Positions 27,369 to 36,944 are shown, counted from the stretch's first letter. The stretch is DNA of 64,000 nucleotides from Felis catus (GCF_018350175.1 NC_058368.1:51461815-51525814); one strand, 5' to 3'. Made by a program: numbers and translations. Notes: generated by a model not told the origin, from the letters alone.

Positions 27369-27550
27369 GGGCACCTGGGTGGCTCAGTAGGTTAAGCATT
27401 TGACTCTTGATTTCGGGTCAGGTCATGATCTCGAATTAGTGAGATCAAGACCCACTTTAGGCTCCACACTGAGCGCAGAGCCTGCTTAGGATTCTTTCAC
27501 TCCCTCTAAAATAAAATTAAATAATTAATTAATTTTAAAAAAAAGGAAGA
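27369..27550 (+). mobile_element. Can-SINE inside L1
   Basis: Head and short body; TSD AAACA(A/G)TAT(A/G)GAGGTTCCT. Confidence 0.9.
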
Positions 27551-27587
27551 AAAAACAGTATGGAGGTTCCTCAAAAATTAGAAAACA

Positions 27588-27806
27588 GGGTCGCCTGGGT
27601 GGCTCAATCAGTTGAGCACCTGACTTTGGTTCAGGTCATGATTTCATGGTTCGTGGGTTCGAGCCCCACACTGGGCTCTGTTGCTGACAGTTTGGAGCCT
27701 GCTTTGGATTCTGTGTCTCCCTCTCTGTCCCTGCCCTGCTCATGCTCTGTCTGTCTCTGGGTCTCAAAAATAAACATTAAAAAAAAAATGTTGTTTTTTT
27801 TTTTTT
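27588..27806 (+). mobile_element. Can-SINE inside L1
   Basis: Head, body, tail; TSD AATTAGAAAA. Confidence 0.9.
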
Positions 27807-27996
27807 AATTAGAAAATAGAACTACCACATGATCTAGCAATTCCTCATTAGAGTATTTTTCCAAAGTAAATGAAAACACTAACTCAAAAGATATCTGCAC
27901 CCCATGTTCACTGCAGCATTACTTACAATAGCCAAGACATGGAAGCAAACTAAGTATCTATCAATGGATGAATAGATTAAGAAAATGTGGTATATA

Positions 27997-28200
27997 GGGG
28001 TGCCTGAGTGGTTCAGTCTGTTAAGCTTCCAACTTCAACTCAGGTCATGATCTCACCGTTCATGAGTTCAAGCCCCACATGGGGGTCTGTGCTGACAGCT
28101 CAGAACCTGGAGCCTGCTTTGGATTCTGTGTCTTCCTCTCTCTCTCTCTGCCCCTCCCCCTGTGTGTGTCTCTCTCTCTCAAAAATAAACATTGAAAAAA
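27997..28200 (+). mobile_element. Can-SINE inside L1
   Basis: Head, body, tail; TSD AAGAAAATGTGGTATA. Confidence 0.92.
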
Positions 28201-28816
28201 AGAAAATGTGGTATAATACACGATTGAACATTATTCAGCCATAAAAAAAGAAATCTTGCCATTTACAACAGCATGGATAAATCTTGAGGGCATTGTGCTA
28301 GGTGAAATAAGTCAGGCAAAGACAAATACCTTAAGATCTTATCTATACGTGAAATCTAAAACCAAACAAAAAACCTAAACTCATAAATTAACAGAGAACA
28401 ACCTGGTAGCTGGGACGGAGATGGGTGGTGGGTAAAAACAGGTATAGGTGTTCACAAGGTAAGGTTATAAAATAAGTAAGTCATGACGATGCAATGTACA
28501 GTGTGGTGACTATCAATAATACTGTATTGTATACTTGAAAGTTGCTAAGAGAGTAAATCTTAAGAGTTCTCATCACAAGAAAAAAAAAGTTTTAAGTATG
28601 TGGTGATAGATGTTTATGCCTGTTGTGGTGATCATTTTACAATATATACAAAAATGGAATTATTAGGTGGTACACCTGAAACTAACATGTTACATGCCAA
28701 TTATTTCACAATAAAATTTTTCTTAAAACAATCTGAAGCATATAAGTTATATAATGTACCTAAGGTCACACAGCTAAAAAGTGGTAGAGCCAGGTTTTAA
28801 AACCAGTCTAGCTTCT

Positions 28817-29005
28817 GGGGTGCCTGCGTGGCTCAGAGGGTTAAACAACCAGCTCTTGATTTCGGCTCAGGTAATGATCTCACAGTTCATGAGATAGAGC
28901 CCCCTGTCAGGCTCTGCATAGATAGTGAGGTACCTCTCTTCCTCTCTCTCTGCCCCTCCCTCCCTCCCAAAATAAATAAACATTAAAAAAAAATAATAAA
29001 CTCGT
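28817..29005 (+). mobile_element. Can-SINE
   Basis: GGGGTGCCTGCGTGGCTCAG head, (CT)n, tail. Confidence 0.88.
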
Positions 29006-29099
29006 AAAACTAAACTAGCTTCAGAGTCCAAGCTCTTAACCACTTCACTAGAATGCCATCAAAGTCACTGACTCCATTAGGCTTGGATCCCTCAACTAC

Positions 29100-29600
29100 T
29101 CTACAGGACATCTAAAACATAATTCACAGTAATTCATTCAACAATGACTTATCTCATTTGCCTTGTTTTTTCCTTGAACACAAGCTTCTTTCCACCTCAG
29201 AGCCTTTATAATTTCCTAAAACACTCTTACTCTAGATCTGACTTCCCATTATTATGATTCAACTTAAAGGTCTACTGCCAAAGAAACCTACCCTGACCAC
29301 CCTACCTAAAATAGCTCCCCCACTATAAATCATCTATCAAATGAAATCAGTTTTCTTTCTTTCATAGTTACGTATCACTACCTGGAACTATCAGTTGTTT
29401 ATTTCTCCCCTCTAGTGTGGAAGTTCTAAGAGAGTAGAGACCTTTTCTGTTTTGCTCACTGCTACGTCTTCAGCACATATAACAGAGCCTGGCACACAGA
29501 AGACCTTTGGTATTTACAGAATGGATGCCAAAAATTGTGCTATACATTGGGATTACTAAGATGAATATGATGTAAGTCTTACGCTCAATCAACTCTAGTC
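29100..29600. mobile_element. L2 fragments
   Basis: L2 3'-end motifs (TTTGCTCACTGCT...AACAGAGCCTGGCACACAG). Confidence 0.6.
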
Positions 29601-31162
29601 TTTATTCAATGGCTAACCTCTTTACCTGACATCTTAAACTTGTCCCTGAGATCTGACTTCTCTTACATCAATTATCTCCTCTCTCACTTCTTTAATTTCT
29701 CTTTCTCCACATACTGAACATTTCCCAGCCACTCTTCCAAATTTGAATATCCTTCCCTCAACCCTGCAACTCCAATACCCCAACATCTCCTAATGACTCC
29801 TCACCACATCTATGACCACTTCCTCAACAGTCATCAGTGACCTGGAAAGTGTTCTCACTTTTTTAAAGAGTTAACACTGCTAAGGACTTTCAATCCACTT
29901 TCTTAGGACCAGAGCTGCCACTGTCTCACAGCTGTCTTAACTTTTTATTATCTTTTTTTTTTTTCAACTTCCTTTACTGTCTCCTTTTTCTCACACCTTT
30001 AAATTTGAAGCTCACTAGAGCTTCATCCTCTATCCTTGCTCCCTTCTCTGTCTGCTAGATCTCTTCTTCTACTCGAACTCAACTAGTACCCCTATTCAAA
30101 TAATTACACTATTCATTCACAACCTAAATCCTAGCTCCACTAGCCCCATCATATTTAATAAGAAATGTGATTGAATTCTTAAGCAAATATTCAATAAAGG
30201 ATAGTTGCAGGCTGACTTAGATAAAATAATGTGAACTAAAATAAGCAATAATGTTCTAAACAAGCACTAGAAGGCAATATTACACAACTTAAGGCTGGTT
30301 TCCATGACTACTTCTCGAAATACTTGAATTTTTCATAAATTGTAATTGACTGCTTGTACAAAAATGGATCAAAGACTAAAAATCACTCATAAATTTTATA
30401 CGTGTGATTAAAATACATTAATTTTGTCTAAAACTGTTAATCTAGTTCCAGATGCACAAAACTGTATTGTTACATAAGTATATTAGTAGAAAGTTAAAAT
30501 AGGAATATATCAGTAGTAAATCCTAAGACTGGAAGAACATGCAAAATAAATTTAAATTCTTTGAGAGGGATCTGCAAAGATGTACCACAATTCAGAGACT
30601 CACAGCTCAAAATTATACCCACCACAGAAAACTGTCTAGTGAGGTTCTGTGCTATTTTCAAAAACATGAGCAAGAAGTAGACTTGTGCCACTGTGGCCTT
30701 CAGTTTGGATAGCAGAAGGTAGTTACATATATTTACATCCATCTAATAAAACTGCCCAATCCTGTCAACAATTATAGACATGAGAAGACTGGTTTACCCA
30801 GAAGTGTGAACAAAGCTCCATCTTTACAACTCTGCAAAGGATAAGAACCCCAGTACACTATGGTAAATTACAAACACCTGACTTACAGCCTAGTCCCTTT
30901 CATAATGAAAGAAAAGGGCATCTTTTTATTGTCTAACACACTGAACATTCAATAAATACCACAAACTCTCTGTAACTTATTTGACAAAATACTACTATGC
31001 TTTCCCCATGTGTTGCAAGAAGCTGTGAGAAAAAAAAATGATGAAGCCAACTCCCAATTACCACTGTCAAAGCCAAGCTGGTGAAACAAGTCAGTCATCA
31101 TCCTTCGGGGTATGTGGCATGTAAGGACAAGGAAAAGAAAACAATAGGAAAGCCCTCAGCAA

Positions 31163-31169
31163 ACACACA

Positions 31170-31203
<34 letters not shown>
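31163..31203. repeat. (CA)n/(TG)n microsatellite, about 20 units, one interruption
   Basis: Seen directly. Confidence 0.98.
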
Positions 31204-32086
31204 TCTTAAGAAAAGGAAAATGAAAGTGATTTAATATCTTCTACATGGAGGAAGCTGAAGATGCAGCGAGCCTAGGATGAGATGTAGTAGCTACTCAAAT
31301 TTTTTAGTTGGTGGGAGGTAAATATTGTATAAGCAGTCATATTTCGAAGTTCTACAGCTTTCCCCTTTCCCCACAAAACCCCCTAACCCACTCTACTCTA
31401 AAGCCTATAAGTGACAGAGGAAATAGAACATAAGATGAAGGGAAATGGCCGATGGGACATCAGAACACAAGTGCAGCTGCAATCACATCTCTAGAATACC
31501 AAAAGGTCCAGTTACCAAAGTACAGCTCTAAAAATCTGTATCAGACACCTTTCACATCCACATAAATCTCCATCTGCATCCCTTTTGCATAAATCTTTTA
31601 AATTTAAACTCCATGCCTTATCCTAAAGCATCATTATCTAAAACTCATCCTATATATATGACACCATCCTTAACCTACACCATTGCTCCCGTCAGTGAAA
31701 GGCAGATTTTTTATGGGAGGTGGAAAGTGGAGGATGGAATACCATTGGGGGGTTGGGGTAAGAATACGTGCAAATACCATTGCGGCAGAGATACTGGAAA
31801 CGCCACTTCCCTCACCACTTTTGCAAATTCTCTCCGTGAACTGCCCTCTTCCCCTCAACCAATCTCTCCTCCTTCCTCAACAATACACACACACGTGTCA
31901 TAACCGACTGGTACCATCACCTTTTCTAGCATCCCATGCTACCTTCCATTCTCACTAACCCCCCACAAAGACAGTCACACATACACACAGAGCAGAAACT
32001 GTTGCCACCGCACCCTCCTATCTCAGTTAGTGCTTCTACCACCCAGCATCTAGCGCTTGTAGAAAGCTTAGTAACCAGGTACGTAG

Positions 32087-32137
32087 ACACACATACATAC
32101 ATGCATACATACACACACACACACACACACGCGCGCG
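32087..32137. repeat. 51-bp perfectly alternating purine-pyrimidine tract (CATA/CA/CG)
   Basis: ACACACATACATACATGCATACAT(AC)10GCGCGCG. Confidence 0.97.
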
Positions 32138-32165
32138 GTGCGCAAGAAGGACACTGAAGACGCAC

Positions 32166-32467
32166 CTGGAGGCTGGGTGTCCAGCGCTGCTGCCCCCTTG
32201 GTCCCTGTCACTGAGCGCAGCTGTGTAAATCCTCCGGTAGCGGTCGGCCAGGGCCCGGCCTGACAGCAGCAGCTGGTAGTGACCCCGGGAGTCCGCGGCC
32301 GGCAGCCCCAGCCCCAGCCCAGCGGCAGCCAAGGAGCCCTCCGGAACCGGCATGAACAGCGCCCCCGGCGCCGGGGAGGAAGAGATGGTGGCGGCTGGGA
32401 AGAATCCGTCCCCGCCGGGCCCCGAGGAGGCGGCGGCGGGGGAGGCAGTCGCTGAGCACATCATCAT
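32166..32467 (-). CDS. MYCBP2: MYCBP2 (E3 ubiquitin ligase PAM/Phr1) coding exon 1, 302 nt
   Basis: MMMCSATASPAAASSGPGGDGFFPAATISSSPAPGALFMPVPEGSLAAAGLGLGLPAADSRGHYQLLLSGRALADRYRRIYTAALSDRDQGGSSAGHPAS(R) is recognisably the MYCBP2 N-terminus; ends at donor CAG|GTGCGT. Confidence 0.97.
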
Positions 32468-32589
32468 CCTCGCAGCCGCCGCCGCCGCCTCGTCCCCGCG
32501 GGCCGGGCAAGCAGACACGCGCGCGCACACACAGCCCTTTTCCAACGACGACGGCTCCGGAGGCGGCCTCTGGCTCCCGCAGCACGAGA

Positions 32590-32673
32590 CTACAAAGACA
32601 GCGTCCTCCTTCTCCTCCTCCGTCTTCTCCTCCTCCCCCCTGCGCCGCCCTCGCCGCTACTGGGACCGCTCAT
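32590..32673 (-). other. Candidate uORF, 27 aa, MSGPSSGEGGAGGRRRRRRRRRRTLSL*
   Basis: Manual translation from ATG 32673-32671 to TAG 32592-32590; translation in vivo unproven. Confidence 0.55.
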
Positions 32674-34879
32674 CTAACCCCGCCACCTCGGGAGTGTGAG
32701 GAGGAGGCGGTGCCGCCGCTGCCGCCGCCGCCACCGCTGCCACCGCCGGGGCTACCCGCAATGGGAAGCTGCCGGCCGCACTGGGCATGCGCCACTCCTC
32801 GCACATGCTCAGTAACCCCAGCCCCTTTCCCTCCCCACCCCCCTCTCGCCACCACTCCCTCCGCCTCAGGGCTTTGGGTGTGGGGAGGTTGAGTGGTGAG
32901 GAATCTGAAAGAAAGCCACTTCTCCGGGTTTTACTAGCAGCTTGAGGAAGAGTAAGGAAAGCGCTGGGAAGGCTGTCAGCTACATGCTATTGGCATCAGG
33001 TAAAGGGGTTCCCTCCAGGTGGGAGAACTTGGACCAGAAAGAGGAAATGTCCCACCACCAGAGAATGAGTGTCACGCACTCCTGCTACTTTTTTCTCAAA
33101 GGTTCTGCTGCCAACATGAAGATTTACTGGGAACAGTGCTGGGTAATTCAGAATCCAAGGCAAAGGAGGCCAGCTAAATTAGAAGTCTCTGGCGATTTTC
33201 GTTTGTGGTTTTTATTATTAGGATTAAAATAGCTTTTACTTAAAAAAAAAAAAAACAGGTAGTAAGCTAGTGCATTCTCTTTTTCTATGAAAGTAGAATT
33301 GACAGATATGCGAGTATTCACAAGCAGGAATCATTCCTAAATTCTTGTTCTCAACATTTCATCATAGCTAAACCTTAATGTGATAGTACTTTTCTTACAT
33401 ATTATGTTGACTCCACATTCATCCTTTAGAGTGCACACTTCTCTCTTGGCAGTGGTCACTTGATGGCTCATCTTTTTCTGTCCAGACTTAACATTTCTAG
33501 AGATAATTCTCAAATATGACCTGAAGCTATAACTCTGGCTATTTGGAACATCTGAAAATGTCATATCTGCCAAAGATCTTATCATTGTTGTCTATTAAAA
33601 TGTGACATTTGCTGAGTCCCTTGTGTCAAGCTGTTCTACTAGTCCCTTCTAAGTAAGTGCACTAGAAATGTATGTGCCACTGAACCCTGACTGCTACTAA
33701 GTTTTATCCTTTTGAGACTCAGTTTGAAGAGTTTGCCTAATTTATACTCCTGTCATTTTAAGTCCTATCATTACCATTTTCTTTATCTACTTACTAGTTC
33801 TTAAATCTATGCTTTTTCCATAAATGTCCTCCTCCTCCTAAAACAAACAAAAAAAAAGCCTTTTTAGTGTTTTCAAAAGTACAAACAATGAGTAGGGAAA
33901 TAAATTAATTCTAGCTTTTGGGGGGAAAGAGTGCTGAAGCAGTGCATTTTACCTAGGGCTTTAACAGATGGAGATCGTGTTGGTTTAAAAAAAAAAAAAA
34001 AAGATAGCTACAAGCGGGATAATGAAAATATAGGGACAAAGGACTGGCATGGGAAGTCGGTGTTTTAGCGCTGTGAGTAGCCCTGTTAAACAGGTTTTGT
34101 ACTTGTTTCCTCAACTATGAGCTCATAAACAAGAGCTTCTTGTTTATCTTCGTGTCTTCCTCAGCCCCTAGCCTAGAAACTGGCACATAGTAGGTCACCA
34201 GTAATTATTTGTTAAACTAAATTCCTGTCCTAATGCTTCAGCAGTTATAAACCTCAGCATTGAACAGGAAGTGCTCCAAACCTATAGACAAGGTATAGAG
34301 GCAATGAAAGGCTAGTAGAGTTAAAGGCCTGAACAAGTATGAACTGCAAGGGCTCTTTACTGTTGAGCAGCCAGCCAGGTAGCCAAAAGGCTCTGACAAA
34401 CCAGAATTTAGATCCTGACTTTGCTATTTGTATGCCTTTGGGCAAGTTTCACCCTCTGAATAGTGGTCAAAAATAATATTGCATGAGACTGTGGAAGGAT
34501 TTCAAACATCTAGGATGTCCACCTTGGCACACGGCTTTTCACAAATTGTAACACGCAAAACAAAACATACTAGACTTTTCCTGAGGGCGGGAATGATACA
34601 TGTGTCTGTTCCCACGTTACATTCCCAGCTCCTAGCACAGGCTCTAGCCCTAAGCAGAAGGGAACCAGGTATTGGCTGAGTGAATGAATGAATGAATGAA
34701 TGAATGAATGTTGCCTGCACAGAAAAGCATTTCCAGTTCAGGTTTAGGTGGTGGCTTGTGCAGTCTTTGCCTTCTTGGAGTTTATAATGAGGATTGAACC
34801 CAGCGGCTGCACTGTTCTCAGAGTTCCTGCTATCCCTTAATTTCGCTTCAGTTTTCACCACAAGGCCCCTTTCTGAGCC

Positions 34880-35680
34880 TTCTGGGTACACGCAAAACCC
34901 GGTAACTGGATAATTTGCTAGGAACCCTGTTGTCGTTGAGTCGAGCAACTAGGCGTGCGCGGAGTCGCACACATGCTCACTTAGGTGGCCGAGAGTGGCG
35001 TTTCTGTTGCGGCTGGCCACATTTCCTTCCACGGCAGTGGCAACAGCCGCTCCACTCTAAATTGATAGTCAATGCAGAGTTTTTTCTCCTCCTCCGCCTC
35101 CTCTTCCTGCCTGGGCACTGCGTGCTCCCTGGGCAATGCTACAGCTATTGCCGTGGCAGCTGGGCACTTGGGAAGGCTCCCAAGGGGTTGGCAGGGAATG
35201 GAACGCGAGCCGGGAACGAAAGGGCGTTAGGAATCACCCTTAATTCCACTGTCAAGGGGATTTGAAGGGAGGGTGGTCCCCAAGGCAAGTCGCTAGGGTC
35301 CACCTGAACCGTTGCTGCAGAAGGGAGATGTGGATTTCTCGCAACGTGCAAAGCAAGAGTCCCCGCCCGCCAATCCTGCGCACACTGCTACTGGATGTCT
35401 TACACCGCCTAGGTGTTGAGATGGGGGTGGGGAGTCTTGTTATTACAGAAAATGCAGATTGAAAGAATATATAGAGAGTTTTGCTTTTGTTTTTCCAGCC
35501 CCAATGAGCGCAGCTCCTGTACTTTCCGCGCTGCCATCTTAGCTTTATCTTCTGGCCAGGCTGGGCGTGTGTGTGCCTTTGGTTCAGAGGGAGGGTGGAA
35601 GAGAGTGGGGGAGAGTGGAGGAAGCACTGGGCGGGTTGGGTGTCAGAATTGGCTAGACAGGACTTAAGGACGTCGCCCTG
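34880..35680. promoter_or_regulatory. Second promoter/enhancer-like CpG-enriched region
   Basis: Local CpG enrichment; GC boxes 35361-35368 and 35629-35635; CCAAT 35370-35374, 35501-35505, 35648-35652 (reverse); YY1-like GCCATCTT 35533-35540. Confidence 0.65.
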
Positions 35681-36237
35681 AAAGAATCACCCTCAAAGAT
35701 TAACGCTGAACTAAGGCATCCTGACTTTGCCCATTTTGTAAATGAAACACATGCGTAGTATTTTTTAGTCTTTGTGGTTGATAATCATGTTTATTTCTCA
35801 AAAGCATCTCTTGTCAATGATCATGTAAGACCCTGGCTTCTTCTTTCATACGTATGATCACATATTTTCTCTTCCATTTGAAATAGCAAAGCTGGGAGTA
35901 CAATTTCCTGAACTCCAAAGATTTAAGATTTTTGTACTCTGTATCTGTATCTTTTTGTACTCTATCTTGTGTTTTTTGTGTTTTGTTTTTTTTAAAGGAA
36001 GCCATCAGCACTGGTGTAGTAAATAACAGGCAGAAACATAAATGAGAACAATGATAGATGTTGTTAATTTCATTTAAAAGGTTAATATTGTACCAATGCT
36101 ATAGGATTACAAACACAGGAAGCACGCATGTTATGAGGAACATCAAGACTACTGAAAATGTTGTGGTCAAGTCAGGAGTTTGGGTTTGTTTCCCAAATTT
36201 GTACAACAGTGTTGGAACATTTAAAAACAAAATTGGT

Positions 36238-36430
36238 GGGGCGCCTGGGTGGCTCAGTCCCTTAAGCAACTGACTTGGCTCAGGTCATGAGCTCCAAGTC
36301 AGTCTCTGTGCTGACAGCTTAGAGCCTGGATCCTGCTTCTGATTCTGTTCCTCCCCTGCTTGTTCTCTGTCTCTCTCTGTCTCTCAAAAATAAATAAATG
36401 TTGAAAAAAAATTAAAAATAAATAAAAAAT
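36238..36430 (+). mobile_element. Can-SINE (internally deleted)
   Basis: Head and tail; TSD TAAAAACAAA(A/T)TTGGT. Confidence 0.9.
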
Positions 36431-36944
36431 AAAAACAAATTTGGTAGCTGAGACCGTTTTAAAACAAACTTAGTAGCTGAGAACAATTTGGAGGGAAAAA
36501 ATGGTCAAGTCTGAAGAGTGAAGAAATGTTTCACTCTTTGGTAACCTTACTTTAAGGACCCATGAGTCTACATTCCTGATAAAATGACCACAAGCATTTT
36601 AAAATGAAAATTATTTTAGGTAATATATTTAATACTCCAAAATGAACAGAAAAAATTCAACATGGCTATTTAAATTTTTTTAAACAAAAATTACGTATTG
36701 GATCCCCTAGATATCTTGATGTCTTACTTTAAACAAATGTATTTTTAGAGCCTTGGAAGATTCAGTAATTTGTAGACATGAAGGGGCATGATTTTTTCTT
36801 TTTATTCATATTAGTTTCTAAAGATACAAATTTTATGTCTATGTTTTTCTATAAATAAAAAATTTAGATTCTAGGGAGCTTTAGGTAAATATGAATATTT
36901 CCAGCCCTGAAAAATTATTCTAAAATATTTTTTTATTAAAAAAA

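Larger units (their letters stand above)
26883..28720 (+). mobile_element. L1 3' end (L1MA-like) carrying three SINE insertions; interrupts a MIR
   Basis: ORF2 C-terminal motifs (AAAAGCTTCTGCACAGCAAAGGAAAC; GGGAAATGCAAATCAAAACCAC), L1MA-type 3'UTR; MIR halves at about 26780-26880 and 28730-28815. Confidence 0.9.
3472..32165 (-). other. MYCBP2: MYCBP2 intron 1 (28,694 bp, GT-AG)
   Basis: Donor CAG|GTGCGT at 32165, acceptor TTTTTAG| at 3472; frame continuity between the two exons. Confidence 0.93.
32130..32870. promoter_or_regulatory. MYCBP2: CpG island / MYCBP2 core promoter and 5'UTR
   Basis: Dense CpG and GC content in an otherwise AT-rich, CpG-poor window; GCC repeats at 32475-32488 and 32712-32747; NRF1-like GCATGCGC at 32785-32792; exact TSS cannot be read from sequence. 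Confidence 0.9.

Noticed and set aside
32036..32165. C-terminal part of the 169-aa ORF (CVFSVLLAH...CVCVC)
   Set aside because: Lies past the GT donor at 32165; it is intron read-through across the microsatellite
32208..32585. 125-aa alternative-frame minus-strand ORF overlapping exon 1
   Set aside because: Non-AUG start and Gly/Ala-rich composition expected from GC content; no independent support
32352..32892. Plus-strand ORFs 32352-32699 and 32710-32892 as an antisense gene
   Set aside because: Low-complexity shadows of the GC-rich exon and GCC repeats; no recognisable domain
34980..35045. Possible CTCF sites (GGCCGAGAGTGGCG, CCACGGCAGTGGCA)
   Set aside because: Spacing does not fit the CCRSYAGRKGGCR core
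34502..35265. 148-aa and 116-aa ORFs near the second island
   Set aside because: Non-AUG starts; the first runs through an L2-like tail (GAAT)n; no recognisable homology
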